64,000 nt of DNA, taken from positions 27,218,001 to 27,282,000 of the forward strand of contig OZ024754.1 of assembly GCA_964016885.1 (NCBI GenBank). Direction: 5' to 3'. The translations under genes and the position numbers were made by a program. Positions 40,394 to 55,789 of the stretch are shown piece by piece. Position 1 is the first letter of the stretch; every line of letters starts with the position of its first letter. Below the pieces are notes generated by a model. It was not told the origin of the DNA. It made no database searches and was given only the letters and a program-made list of their open reading frames with translations. The DNA comes from Eledone cirrhosa (taxonomy: Eukaryota).

Positions 40394-40854
40394 CATGTAT
40401 ATACAGATACATATATACATATACACACCTATCTATGTCTGCATGTATGTGTAGATGAATATATAGATAGCCTACAGTGAAGCAGTGTCAGCTTGGTCAT
40501 AGGAACCGAACTTCAAATAAAATACTAGATAAAAAAAAACAAATATGAGAGAGTGATGGGGAACATCCTCGAATTTGCCAAAGAAAAATACAGGATATTT
40601 GAAATTCCAATCTTACTGTTCGCTTAATATTACCAGCGGAAGTGAAGATATATAATTTTTTCATTTCCTTTTCCCGTCAATTATTATGTTTCTTGCTATA
40701 TATTCTGGGACAATTTATGTTCTAGACATATTTATATTGCATTCCCTTTATGTAGCTATTTAGTTCGTTTCAAACCATTTTTTCTCAAACATTTTTCTGT
40801 AACTTTATATTCGTATCAATATATTTAATATCCATCTATCTATCTATTTATTTT

Positions 40855-40947
<93 letters not shown>

Positions 40948-41547
40948 ATATCTATCTATCTTGTGACAATCACTTTTACCATATATGGAATTACCCCCTG
41001 AGAAGCTCGGCTATTCATATACCAGGATAAAAATTTTATATCTATCTATCTATATATATCTATTTATCTAGCTAGCTACTTTTCTGACTATCTACCTATC
41101 CATTTACCTCTCTATTTATCAAAACATATCGACTTTACAAGGGTGTCTGATATCTGAAGGTTACCCCCTGTCGGGTTTTTATTCTGTACCCTCTAAAATG
41201 CCGACTACAACGAACCTATGTTGTACTGACAACTTTTACCAGATAGTCAACATTCTGCACGTTAAACGTGAGTCTGCTTTTCGATTCATAGTTCACAAAT
41301 TTAGTTTATATAACAAAGAAAAACATTTATAACAACATATTTATATCTTATTCTCCTTCTCCCTCCACTCTTTCTTTGATTCACTGGGGATTGTGTGCGT
41401 GCGGGATTACTCTTTATGAGTGATTATCAATGTATATACCTATGTATGTATGTATGTATGCATGTATGTATGTATATTTGTATGTATCTTTGTATGTTTA
41501 GTTTGTCTGTGTGTGTGTATGTATGTCTATATATATTTATATATATA

Positions 41548-41601
<54 letters not shown>

Positions 41602-42299
41602 CTAATCAAAATATATTATAAAACTACACAAACGATACTGACAACGACGAATACGATGGAAAGTGAAAGTAATTTAAATTAAATACAGATGTCTGTTCAG
41701 AGAAATGGAAAAAAAACAATTACATTAAACAGAATTATTTTGTTATAAGATATCTTATTAACAAAATTCAAAAGAAATATTTTAATCGTATTGGGTGAAC
41801 GCCAGTGCCCCAGATAGTTACCACAGACGACAAATACGTTATACATTACACATTATAAACAGAAGTACGTGACATATACAGACAACTTCAATACTGATCA
41901 CTGGATTTATATTCTATAACATTCATGAAAGAAATTGACAAACTATGATACCAATACAAAATGGCGATGATAATAAATCTATAGAATTAGAATGATAACC
42001 CGAATGTGGATGATAACAGGAATAACCTGTATTATAATAGTTGTCCTGGGAATGATTAACAATGACACAGATATATATGACCAAATCTCCAGGACTTACA
42101 AATATATACAAAATGCACAAAAAAAACCCCCGAAAAAAAAAAAACGAAGTCTAGACACTACATTCAAGTTACGATGATTACTCTCAATAGAAACCAGTAG
42201 CAACACTGCATCTAGCCGTGACACTCTGAGCTGTGCCCTGTAATGTAGTGATAACACGCAATGAGAATAAAACTAATAATAATGTTCATGATAATCTAT

Positions 42300-42582
42300 C
42301 TAAGGCGGGTAAAATTCCCGAGATCCATGGACGAGTTCTCTCCAGCGGTCTCTGTCCCTCATTGTCGCTGCCATATCCTGCATCTCCAACAGACCAGTGT
42401 CTGTCCTTAGGGCATCAACATATGTTAACCTTGGTCTTCCTCTTCTAGTGTGTCCATGTAGGGGCTCTCAAAGGAGCACTGAGTGCAATGTCAACTCTGG
42501 ATGTCGGTGAGCATGTCCAGCCAACCTCAGTCTCCTCTGTGTCACTTTTGAGCTGACTTTTGGGATGCTCCCATACAGCTCT
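42300..42582 (-). pseudogene. RTE-type LINE 3'-end relic
   Basis: Manual translation ELYGSIPKVSSKVTQRRLRLAGHAHRHPE...LL*EPLHGHTRRGRPRLTYVDALRTDTGL...MRDRDRWRE. Confidence 0.8.
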
Positions 42583-42605
42583 GATAATGATGACTATAAT
42601 AATAA

Positions 42606-43100
42606 TAGTTTCTAATTTAAGCACAAGGCCAGCATTTCTAGGGGAGCGGAAAGTCGATCAAATCGATCCCAGTGCGTTACTGTTACTTTATTTCATCGAC
42701 CACGTAAGTGTGAAAGGTAAAGCTAACCTCAGAACGTAATAATAGTTTCACATGTATGAACAAGGCCAGCAATTTAACAATAGGGATAAATCAATTAGAT
42801 TGATTCGAGTGCTTATTAACGGGTGCATTAATTATCTATCCTAGAATTATGAAATGCAAAGTTGAGATAAGTAGGATTTGAAGGAAGAACTTAAAGATTC
42901 GGAAAATACCGCAGAATATTGAGACAGACGCTCTAACGTTTCTGCCAATATAACCCTGTCTATGATAATTCTACAAGTTCAGAAGGATGAAAGGCAACGT
43001 TGCCCTCGGCAGGTTATGAATTCCGCAAGTAAAGAGCTGATACAAATATCGCAAACAATTTGTCAGACTCTTTAACAATACTGACAATCAATCACGCTCA
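42606..43100 (-). mobile_element. Cluster of degenerate SINE A copies
   Basis: gcacaaggccagca, aaggatgaaaggcaa and ggatttgaa motifs repeated three times. Confidence 0.7.
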
Positions 43101-43754
43101 AATAACAAGCACAGAACGCAAAATTTGGAAGCAGGGGTTAGTAACTTAAATCCACCCTAATCTTTTCCTTTCATCCTTCTTCATCGAAGTCTGGTTATTT
43201 AGCGCCCCAGACTATCTCTAAAATATGTGCTAGTTACTCCCAGTTAAGTACCCTATTCTCGCAAATGGAATAATTTTATCTTACTCCTTTATAAGCTGGC
43301 ATACCTAGCTTTGAAACTTCGTGCTCTGTCTACACTAAGAAAATTATTAAGCCTACATTCCCCACTACAAAATCGACACTCACTCGCATCAGACCATGTA
43401 ACAGGTCATGTAACCATGCGACACTCTCCATCATTTTGAATATTATACAGTGTTTCCACATGACAACGATGTTTACTAATATAGTTTTTGATCACTAGTT
43501 GGAATTGCATCGGCGGGATTTGATCCCAGAAGGTAAATGACCGTAATTACAAAGCATTCGGCCCTCACACGATAGTGATGATAAATTGTGGGAATAATAA
43601 TGAAACTAAGTAGCGTGATTAAATCAATGAACCTGTGAATATAGCGTTATGTATTGTTTCACATCGAAGTGTTTGGTGTTTCGTTATTTTAACATTATTT
43701 CAACATAGCTATTTAAGTGTGGGTAATACTATTATCATGGGTTGTGTGAGTGAG

Positions 43755-43822
<68 letters not shown>

Positions 43823-44363
43823 CGGGATTGTGATAAAGAAAGGGAGGGTGTGTGACAGTATGTGTTTGTGTAAGATTACATATATGCAAAAGTTGTAAAC
43901 ACGTAGCTATTAGATATTCTAAAGCTTTCAGTTCTTACTCATTAGATGTTCTGTTCTTTACTAAATTCTCAAAAGATGAACACCGTGACAACGTTTAAAT
44001 TTTACAACCTTATATAATATGACAGAGAGCACAAATTAAATCCTGCAGATAAGGTAAGCCAATGGAGGAAAATATATCATAAGACGGTATCATTTGTTTC
44101 AAGTAGGTAAGGCATTAAATAGATTAAACGTGAAAGCAGTGCAGTCAATAGTAGTTAGCTAGGGAATACAATGTTGTAAACATAAAGTTGGCAGTATGAC
44201 AATCGTCTCCATCTATTCATGCTAAATAGTATTGGATACTTGCAACATTACAACTGAACGACTTTATCATATTTGAAAATATTTATGGTAATGTTTTCCT
44301 GCATTGCTCATCCTCTACAATTTCATTCTTTCTTTCTCTCCCAAACTCCTAATCTATACATAC

Positions 44364-44428
<65 letters not shown>

Positions 44429-44477
44429 ATTGCGGCGGCCCACCATGGCCCCAGCCTATCGACTGGGACACGTAATA

Positions 44478-44582
<105 letters not shown>

Positions 44583-44699
44583 CAAACAGATGTACAAAAG
44601 TCTTATTTGTTTCATATATATGTGTGTGTGGGTGCGTATATATACGATCAATTTCTGCATTTTCCCTCTGCCAAATACCACTCAAAAGGAGTTGTCCCC

Positions 44700-44861
<162 letters not shown>

Positions 44862-45366
44862 GGGGACAACTCCTTATATATATATATATATATAGTGAAA
44901 ATGGAACGGGAACAAAACTGAGAAGCAGTACAAACAAAGGTTTATTAGTTTCACGCTCTTGAGAGTGGAGGTATATATCTATATATATCTGTGGTCCTCT
45001 GCAGAGGAAACGAGTCCCAAGGGTATTAACCACATAATAAATGTATTGTATATTTATAATTTCTAAAATTCTGTTACATGTGACGGTTTAGTATTGACAT
45101 TCAACTTGAAAATATATAAAATATGAATTGCAATAAGATGTGTTGTAAGCTTTAAATGCGATAAAACGCAGCTGAAGCCATTTTTTTATCGGTGACGACA
45201 TCACGCTCCTGTGTGGTGTGATCTCGCACATACGTTTTTAATAAATAACTTTCTGTTATTGAGTTGATATATATATATATGATATATATTAAATGTTCGA
45301 TAAATAAATGTCCTAGTATTGACTTGATAACATATGAGAGAAGAGAACATTTATTATTCTCATAAC

Positions 45367-46132
45367 AGAAGACTAAATAACTTATGTACGTTAAGAGAGA
45401 GAACAAATGGTTATAACGTGCCAGGCGGATCGAATAGAACGGAAGGTTACTAGAAAAAATAGCAGCCAGAACCATTCAATATATTAAAAGCTCTACAAAA
45501 GCAAAGGAACCTGTTTATCAAAAGTATATATTGAGTTAAAAACTCACTATAGTCCCCTATAATTAAGGTTCTGGCTGCTATTTTTCCTAGTAACCCTACG
45601 TTTTATTCGATCCGCCCGACACGCTATAACCATGTGCTCTCTCTCTCTCTTAACGCACACATGTTATTTAGTCTTCTATGAAACATAGTAGTGAAGTAAA
45701 TATGTGGGTATCCGTTGAAAAGCACCACACCAATAATTCTCTTCACTGAATTTTACGAAAAAGTTCTACCCGTAAACTGTCCGGATACATAATAGTTGTC
45801 ATGGTAGGTTCGTATATCTCAATCTATATTTTTGATTGAGTTCTGTGAACCATACTATTGCAGTCAATATTTTCTTCACCTTGGGGGTTTCTGTCCCTTC
45901 TGATTTCACACATATAGTTATATATCCGTGTTCGTCTCACCTTACTGTATTATAAGGCACGGAAATATATTTTCCTTGAGCTATTTTGATTATAGGGGAG
46001 TGCTGTGAGTTTTTGACTCTAAATATACTTTTGATAAACAGGCTCCTTTGCTTTTGTAGGGCTTTTAATATATCGAATGGTTCTGGCTGCTATTTTTTCT
46101 AGTAACCTTACGTTCTATTCGATCCTCCCGGC
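45367..46132. repeat. Nested inverted repeats (fold-back structure)
   Basis: 45367-45473 inverted at 45567-45677; 45421-45562 inverted at 45989-46132. Confidence 0.85.
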
Positions 46133-46538
46133 CTCTATTTCTAGCAATACAAGGGACTACATAATGGTTCCATCAGTTTTAAATGTGTCAATGACCGATA
46201 TATTGGAGAGCGAATAGTTAGTTACTTGATATGATTACAAGCTATTTCTCTTTACGTGGTAGCTCTGGAGAAAAGGGTGTTCTCTCGAGGCTGGAAAGAT
46301 CGATGCGATGAGGGTTTTCCTGTGACTTACAAATTGTAAGCTCACTACTTTGGGAAATATAAGCTGTTGAAACCTCCAGATGACTGACGCTTTGGGAAGA
46401 GGGGGGGGGGGCATATGATTGATGGGAGGAAGGGAGTCAAGTGACTGGAAGTGGGTGAATGAAGGTGGTAAGTGTTCACCAATTTACAAGATGTGAAGGG
46501 GAGAGTGTTAGAGAGCTATACAGTCAGAGAGAGTGATA

Positions 46539-46612
<74 letters not shown>

Positions 46613-47711
46613 GCAGCATTGAATATTGTGTAAATATATTTTATCTTTCATCGTTTAGTTTTTCATCTAGTGGCCTTGAACGGTACGATTCAACTAGACC
46701 ATGTTCTCTTTCATATCTTTGTTGACCATATTCTGTTTTCTACTCAATACTTGTCTAGAGTCCAACATTATTTGCTTCCAGGCAACCAGAGTATTCATTG
46801 CAGAATATCCCTTGAGAGATTCCGCTTTTGCCAGATAATTTCTATTTTCAAATTTCGTTTCTTAATATATATATTTTTTTACTTCATACACGTACCTTGT
46901 GTATAATATCTATTATCTAAGACTTTCTGTCTCTCACACTATCTGTCAATCTCTCCTTTCGTTTACAGACACTCAGTCTTCTTTTTCTTGTATTATTATA
47001 AGGAACGCTCACTTATTTTTACAACCAATATTATAAAGACATTTGTTATTTCTCTATCGCATGTATGTATATATGTATGTATGTGTGTGCGTATCTGTGC
47101 ATGTTTGTGTGTATATATGTGTGAATGTGTGTATGTATGTATTCCAGGAAACTGGGATAACTCCGATATAAAACCTGCGGCTCAGTAGTTCCCGATGATG
47201 TTGATCTTTTCTTCTTTTCAGGTTAAAGCTACTGTCGCTCAGAGAGTGGGATTGGCTCAGTGCACAGTCTTTCCTCACTTTAAAAATTATCTACACGCAC
47301 AGGCTAGAATTAATTAATAATGATTAATAATGGTATATCGTGCAATGGCTATACTCGATAACGAGGGGGCAGCCATCATGTATGTATGTATGAATGTATG
47401 TGTGTATGTATGTGTATATGTATGTATATATATCTATGTATTTATATATGAATATATTTATGTGGATGTTTGGGAAGCCACTTGAACAGATTAGCTAGCT
47501 TATGAAATCGTTACACAATGAATGCAGTAATTATGGAAATAACAATTACTCTACGTATAATTTCAGACGTGTAGACTATTGTTTTGTTTATCTAATTAGC
47601 ATCTATTTACTAATTAGATAAGATTTACTCTAAATCCTAGTTAATTACATGTAACTCTGTATCTATGTCTGGCTGCATGCTTATATATATATATGCATAT
47701 GTGTGTGTATA

Positions 47712-47745
<34 letters not shown>

Positions 47746-47787
47746 CACACATATATATGCATATATATATATATATACATGTAAATA

Positions 47788-47974
47788 ATTGTTTCTACTT
47801 TAGGCACAAGGCCAGCAATTACCCAGTGCATTACTGGTACTTTATTTTATCGTCCCCGTAAGGATGAAAGGCAAAGTCAACCTCGGCGGGATTTGAACTC
47901 AGATCGTAAAGGGACGTAACTAAGCTGGAAAGCATGGCGTCCGACCCTCTACCGATACTGCCAATCCACCGCCC
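47788..47974 (-). mobile_element. SINE family A, full length, with 20-bp TSD
   Basis: tatatatacatgtaaataat at 47770-47789 and 47975-47994. Confidence 0.92.
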
Positions 47975-48051
47975 TATATATACATGTAAATAATGAAGTA
48001 TTACATTATGATAAAATATCTTAAGTATATATATGTATATATATATATATA

Positions 48052-48238
<187 letters not shown>

Positions 48239-48447
48239 CATGAATCAAAGTTCTGTTTAAATCATTTATTTGCTTACAGTTGTTTCTTCCAAACTGCTCT
48301 GTAAAACAACTGATGTTGTTACATTGAGCTATTTATCTTACTGGTAATAAGATAGTAATAAATTACTGTCTTTCACTATTTAGGGTATAAAATATATATA
48401 ACTGTAAAAGGTTTTAGTATATACATAACCATAAATAGTATCCTTAA

Positions 48448-48492
<45 letters not shown>

Positions 48493-48776
48493 TGCGTGTG
48501 TGTTTGTATTTATACACATATATATATATAATTGGTGTTGGATGCTTAAAGCGTCCGTATGCGGTAGGCCGTTTGAGCACTCGATGCTCTCACAGAGCAG
48601 AGTATGATATCACAGAAAAAAGAGAATCAGTGTTGCGACCAATGGAATTTATTGAACAGATTTGGAAAATCTGCTTCGTGGAATCAAGACGTATCTGAGG
48701 ACCTTGCTATCTCAGAGCGAGGTTCGATCATCACATAAATATATACATGTGTAATATATATATGCATATATATATA

Positions 48777-48988
48777 TATTTGTAAAGCCAAAACAATGCA
48801 GGTATGGATATAGAATATAAATGCAAATGCTAAGGATATTTAAGTAAATTTAAGGTAAAAGACTAATTGTCAACAATATCTTTTGCATTTGCATTTATAT
48901 TCTATATACATACCTGCATTGTTTTGGCTTTACAAATACAAACGTTTATACCTCATTACACAATGCTTCAAGTGAACTATAACTTCCT

Positions 48989-48992
<4 letters not shown>
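48777..48992 (+). mobile_element. Inverted-arm element with tail (related to family Z)
   Basis: ~62-bp arms 48777-48840 and 48875-48938; tail cacaatgcttcaag..aact shared with 10096-10115; TA flanks. Confidence 0.65.
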
Positions 48993-49035
<43 letters not shown>

Positions 49036-49042
<7 letters not shown>

Positions 49043-49221
49043 AAAAGTTAAGTGGAAATATCCAAGGGTAAGAGCACACAGTCCATAGGAAGAGTTTAGT
49101 ATAAATAATTACAACAGCGACAACGGCCGTCTTTGTTTTTCATTTTTCTCATGACAGGCTGAATGAATCGGGGCTCAGAACCTAACGAAGCTTGAGTACC
49201 TGTTTATGTCACTGTTGTAAT

Positions 49222-49224
<3 letters not shown>
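49036..49224. mobile_element. PLE-type terminus with 18-bp inverted arms and a degenerate hammerhead
   Basis: ataattacaacagcgaca/tgtcactgttgtaattat; acagg CTGAATGA...GAAG cttgag TA cctgt at 49154-49203. Confidence 0.45.
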
Positions 49225-49283
<59 letters not shown>

Positions 49284-49992
49284 CGTGTGTGTGTGTGTGA
49301 TTATATATATATGTATATATATATATACATATTCATTGTCCGGAGATAGATACATAGGTAAGCAGCTATAGATAAAGGGATTGTCCCTAACTGTCTCATT
49401 TTGTGTCACTGTGTTTCAGTTTAGAAATTACGGTACTGTTACACGTGCCTATGATATTGCACCACGCACACGGTAATTCAGGAGTCAGGCGCTCACTTTC
49501 GAAACAGATTGAAGATCGATTGTTGTATACGTGAAAAGGTTCTTTTAAACATGAATGTTAAGTATCATAAAATGAAATACACTAATGACATGTAATTGAG
49601 AGATATATATGCTATAGTCGTTGCAATAGTTATATAGGTTAAATACAAATGACAAGCTAAAGGTAAATAGTAGCCGTTAAATATATTTAGATATTATTGA
49701 ATGGATTTTACATAGAAATTTGTTTTCATATGAAAATTGTAGGCAGAAATAAACTCTTGTGAAATAGATTTTGTTAAATGTTTTAGTGTGGAATGAAAAA
49801 AAGCAAACAAACTACGAGCTATCTGCGGAAGACACAATGGTGACAAATTGGTGACTGAATGGGGGCGTGGGTGGGGAATAACCTTAGTGTTGGTGATATA
49901 AGGTTAGTGTAATAGCATCAACGATAACAACACCAATGATATCAACAAGAACAATAACAATAACGAAGATGACGATACCAGTTATAATCACG

Positions 49993-50173
49993 GTTTCTGA
50001 ATTTTCGGAGAGGGGAAAGTTGATCAAATCGACCTCACTGCGTAACTGGTACTTTATTTTAGCGACCCTGTAAGGATGAAAGGCAAAGTTTACCTCGGCG
50101 GGATTTGAGCACAGAATATAAAGGGTCTCAACTCTATGCCATGAAGCATGTTGTTTGACGTTCTACCGATACT
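49993..50173 (-). mobile_element. SINE family A
   Basis: Aligns to family A. Confidence 0.8.
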
Positions 50174-51681
50174 GAACAACCAACAATAATGATATCGACG
50201 ATAAATACTTAAAGAGAGTAATTCTATGGAATGAGAGATTAAATTCCAGCCTGTTGCTATTTCATTTTACTTATAGCAGTAATATACGCATGACACAAGG
50301 TTTTGTAATCATAAGATCTCGGGTTTTATCTCACCTCAAAACATTTTAGGTAATTGTGATCGAGCCAAATCTTGTGAATAAATGTTTGTTAAGTCCGTTG
50401 ATTCAATTTTACTTGTAATTGAAAGGTTGGGTTTGTTTTCTCAGACGGAATATCCATGAGGTTCGCTGAAGTTATTTATGTTTGTGGAATGATCAAGCCA
50501 AATCTAGTGAGTGAGGTTGTGTAGCGGATAACTGTTTAGAAATCCGTTGGCTGATTTTACCTGTAATTGAAAAGGTTAGTTTTGTCATACGAAATATTCC
50601 TGGAAGTTCGTTAAAATTATTCATGTTTGTTGTATGGTCAGCCTTTTATGGTACAGTCCATTTTATATTATGATGTAATTCAAAAGACCAGCCTTGTCAG
50701 AGGAAGTATCAGGCTGAAACCTCTTTATGAAACATGTTAAACTTAGATGATATTGTCTATGGTATGCTCAGTCACCTACAGATTCACAGGTACAATAAAT
50801 CTTGCATTATAGTGTAATACAAAGGAGCAGCCTTGCCACACACTGCATCACGTTGAATATCCTTAAGAATTATGCTAAGGGTGGACAAACAAGTGTATGT
50901 GTGCATGTGTGTGTGTGTGTGTACGCGTGCGCGTGTGTGTGTGTGTGTGCGCGCGCGCGTGTGTGTGTGTTTGCGCGTGCGTGTGTGTGTGTACATGTGT
51001 GTGTATGGAATACAAAGCCAATCGCATGTTAATTCAACAAGTAAGCTATTGCGTTTATCGAACAACTGGAAAACTGAGGTCATCTTCAAAACTGGCGGAA
51101 CTCCATTTCATTCCATACCACATTTCCAACGTATTTGACAGTGTACAAGTGTAAGAAATCAATACTAGACACATTGAAATAAGCTACGGTATTGAAGCAT
51201 AAATTAACTTAGATTCAAGCTTGAACAGATCACAGAAACATCCGTTTGTAATACATGTACATTCAGAGTCACTCGTATATAATATCCTATTCTACCAACC
51301 AACCAACCAACAAGCTAACCAACCGACCGACCGAACACTTTTAGATATTGGAACCATCTCAAACTCTATAAAACCATCCGCTGCAACAACATTAGACTAA
51401 AGTAAACTACATACTTTCAGAATACTATGTCTCCTTAGGACACTTGATTATAGAAACATCAGTTTGTAATGGATGTTTATTCAGAAACACTCATATACAG
51501 TGTGTCCATAACTTGCTATATGAAATAATACAAGTACCTTAAATTGTACAGCGACTTGATGGCGACCTTGTATAATCTCTAATAACCCACACTTCAAAAC
51601 TAGAACGTTGATCTCTGTGAAATTTAAATTCAGTGTGCCGTATGTAGCAGTTCTATTGACTCAGCCAGTTCGCTGTCCTCG

Positions 51682-51743
<62 letters not shown>

Positions 51744-51806
51744 TAATACTATCTATCTCTCATTACTAATTATACTATGTGACAATTCTAAAGACTGCAT
51801 CAATAA

Positions 51807-51850
<44 letters not shown>

Positions 51851-51852
51851 GC

Positions 51853-51896
<44 letters not shown>

Positions 51897-53318
51897 GCGC
51901 GCGTGTGTGTGTTTACGTTTGTGTCCGTATTCTTGTTTATGTCTCGTGTTGTAGCCGATAGACACAGACTTCAAAATAATGTTACACGTGTATATATACA
52001 CACACGCACACACGCACACACGCACACACACACACGCACACGCAAACACACACATACACACATACACACATATATATATATACAGTATATGTGTGTATGT
52101 ATGTAATGAAATATTGAAATACAGTCTTCTATTACTTCTCTATATATGTTTCAATATGTCGGAATCCAGGTTGTTATCTTAAATGTGATTAATTAAAAGG
52201 TCATGACGGTTGTCTGTCCTCTTTCCGGGGGAAAATACTTGAGGAAAACTTGAAGCATGGCTGTTAGTAAATAAATGTTTGTGAGGCATGGATACATTGT
52301 ATCATTGATACATTGTAAATATCACTACCTTTGTTTTTAACATACAGATATCTGCAACTACGCGCTTCTTTTAAACGTTTTTCCTTAATTTGTTACTGTA
52401 TCCGCTTAATTCCTATTTGAGAATTGTATGTAAATATTTCAACCACCGAGGGTTTAATTCAAGACGTTGGCAACGAAATAACATTTACGATGTATTCTCT
52501 TTTAAACGTTTCTTCTTCTTCTTCTGAACCTGAATCTTCACTGTATCCACTTAGTTCCCGCTTCAGGATTGTATGTAAGTTGTGTGTGAGGAATAGCTTT
52601 GGTGGCTAACATTTAGAGTTATCATGTGAGAGAAAAAACCCTCCAATCAAACATTACAATAAAAAGAATTAATGTGTAACGGATGGGGGCTTTAGCTAAA
52701 TAACTGAAGTAAATTGGCTTCACAATAGAATGGACACATGTTCACATATTAAGCTCACATTGTATTGGAAAAAGCTTTATAATATTTAGGATGACTTTCA
52801 GGTAAGCTGCATGATTCAAAGAGTGCTTGTGATCTTTACGTCTTCCTCAACTTAGTTCTGTGTACTATGTTCTGATCCACGTATCATGTCCATTGTTACA
52901 TACATTCTTGTTGGAAAAGCAGAAGTTAACTGAAGATTATATTGCAGAGATAGCTATGTGTGTGGCTCTGTGTGTGGTTATGTGTATCTGTATGTGTGCG
53001 TACATGCTCGTGTGTGTAAATGTGTGTGTGTGTCTGTGCGTATGTGTACGCACATGCTCACGTGTATAAGTGTGTGTGTGTGTCGACCTAAATAAATAGC
53101 AAATTGGGTGTTTATATTCGGTAATTAAAGCTGAATGAACGCCGATATCATGGGAAAGTGGTCAATTGACCCGCTAAAAATAATAGTTAAATTTACATCA
53201 AATTGCACCTTAGCTGATTATAAAGGGAATACAATTACGATTCTACAACCCTTCGCAACCTCAATTTACATAATGCTAAAAGTGTTGCTCAAGTTCAAAC
53301 GATGTATGTGTGTGTGTT

Positions 53319-53351
<33 letters not shown>

Positions 53352-53359
53352 GTGTGTGT

Positions 53360-53399
<40 letters not shown>

Positions 53400-53687
53400 T
53401 TATAAGTTTAACCACTCGTAAACTTCAGAGACTGGGACAATGTAATACCTGTTGACGCAGATATAACATTTCAATATATTAGAGGCGAATATCGTGTTCA
53501 AAATTCAGTAAACATAATGGACTAACGGAAGTCATACTACGAATACAGATAGATTTAATAGAATAATTTTACGACGTCATTTGAGGAGGTGAAAAAAAGC
53601 TACTGCATACATTTAAATAAGCTAACGGCGTTTATATATTACTAAGTAATCCGAATACTCAAATAACGGAGCATAGTAAGTAATATT

Positions 53688-54432
53688 GGTTTCTGATTTA
53701 GACACAATGCCAACAATTTTTGGAGAAGCGAAAGTCGATTAAATCGGCCTCAGTGAATTACTGGTACTTTATTTTATCGATCCCGTAAGGATGAAAGCCA
53801 AAGCTAACCTCGGCAGTATTTGAACACAGATCGTAAAGGGACGTAACACTATGCAATAAAGCATGTTGTCCCACGTTCTACCGAAGCTGCCAATTCTTTG
53901 CCGTAGCTTATTAAATACTATTAATAATTATTTCTACTTTTGGCACAAGGCCAGCAATTATCCCAGTGCATTACTGGTACTTTATTTTATCGAGCCCCTA
54001 AGGATGAAAGGCAAAATTAACCTCGATGGGATTTGGACTCAGGCCATAAATGGCCGTAACTCTTTGCTGCAAAGCATGGCGTCAGACGCTCTACCGATGC
54101 TGTCAATCCACCGCTATAAATACTATTAATAATTGTTTCTATTTTAGGCACAAGACCAGCAATAACCCAGTACATTACTGGTACTTTATTTTATCGACCC
54201 CGTAAGGATGAAAGGCAAAATTAACCTATAAATACTTATAGTTTCTAATTTGGACACAAAGCCAACAATTTAGGTGTAGGAAGACGATTATATCAACCTA
54301 GTACTTTACTGGTATTTTACTTGATTGACCTCAGAAGAATGAAAGTCAAAGTTGACCTCGACGGGATTTGAAACCGGAAAATACCGTAATGTATTGTGTC
54401 TGACACTCTACTGATTCTGTCAATCCACCACC
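53688..54432 (-). mobile_element. Head-to-tail array of four SINE A copies
   Basis: Units start at ~53688, 53925, 54128 and 54240; linker taaatactattaataatt is repeated. Confidence 0.85.
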
Positions 54433-54672
54433 GTTTTAACTTGCAGCAATTAATCAAATGTAAGAAGAAAATATAAGTGATTGTATTATGATACTTTTCA
54501 GTCAATTTCAATGTTTGAACCTGAGCCAATATATCTTATGAAGGAGTTACTGACACAATGATGTTTATGTTGGTCTTGTAAACCACGCAAACCTGTTGAT
54601 GGTACATGATGTAACCTATTGAAATAATCTTCGCTTTTGTATCTTTTACATCTAACTAGATAATAGGTAGTG

Positions 54673-54945
54673 AAGGTACGTGGCCAAGTGGTTAGGATAT
54701 TCGGCTCATGATTGTACGGTCATGAGTTCGATTCACAGCGGTGCGTGGCATCCTTGAGCAAGACACTTTATTTCACATTGCTCCAGTGTCCAGACAGCTG
54801 AATCTCCATGAGAACTACGCTAAGGATACACGCTAAGGATACACGTGTCTGTGGAATGCTTAGCTATTTGCACATTAATTTCACGGGAAGACTGTTCCGT
54901 TGATCCTATTACCTGGAGCCCTCGTCGTCGTAACTGACGTAGAGC
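54673..54945 (+). mobile_element. SINE family B (alternative tail)
   Basis: gaaggtacgtggccaagtggttagg...gagttcgattc...tccttgagcaagacacttta. Confidence 0.8.
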
Positions 54946-55502
54946 CATAAAATAAAGTCAACAGATAAGATTATTAAATATTGATTTCTAATTAGAACAC
55001 TTTCTCCTGCGTTATAGATAGATACACTAACATGAGTTTAATACCACGGGCAGTGTTATTACCAAGTCAAACATATTACCCATTAGGCTTTGCAGTTTTT
55101 GTTCGCTCTTTTAAGGTCAAAGTTCAAATCCCACAGGAGATTTAAATCAGTTACAACATTTTACTGCTTTCAGTCATTAGAGTGTGGCCATGCTCCAGCA
55201 CCGCCAACACATGTTTTCAGTCAAAGATGAATTAAGTAAAGTCCTCGTCAGGTATCGTTGGCGGCAAAATGAATTGTTCTAAACAACTGCCAGTAACAGA
55301 AATTATATAATCTACATGATTGTGTATGATGTTAGTTATTGCAACTATGATGTCATTTGTCATTTTTATAATTAACTAGTTAACAGACTTGATTACAAAA
55401 TTTTGATTTCTACTAACAGCATTCTTTGCTATGTTTTAGAAAAGAAATACAAACAAATAGTACAACTATTAAAACGGTGTTGTTGTCGTTGTTGTTAGGC
55501 CT

Positions 55503-55541
<39 letters not shown>

Positions 55542-55544
55542 CAA

Positions 55545-55737
55545 TAAGGGTGTGGTAAAATACCAGGTGGGCCATAACTCACCAGAGTGCTCGATACTTG
55601 GAGTAGTAGAGTGGGTAATATGAAAAGATTCAGGACCCCGACGGCTGAGCTCGGGCCGTTTGGACAGCTAGATCCGAACTCTAGTTCGGACCTAGCTGTC
55701 GATACGGCCCGAGCTCAGCCGTCGGAGTCCAGAATCT

Positions 55738-55744
<7 letters not shown>
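55545..55744 (-). mobile_element. Family X hairpin element (diverged)
   Basis: Hairpin 55619-55744 with private variants gaaaagattc and ctcgggccg present in both arms. Confidence 0.88.

Positions 55745-55786
<42 letters not shown>

Positions 55787-55789
<3 letters not shown>

Noticed and set aside
47205-47320. Strong polypyrimidine-CAG acceptor-like site
   Set aside because: No convincing downstream donor or recognisable peptide.
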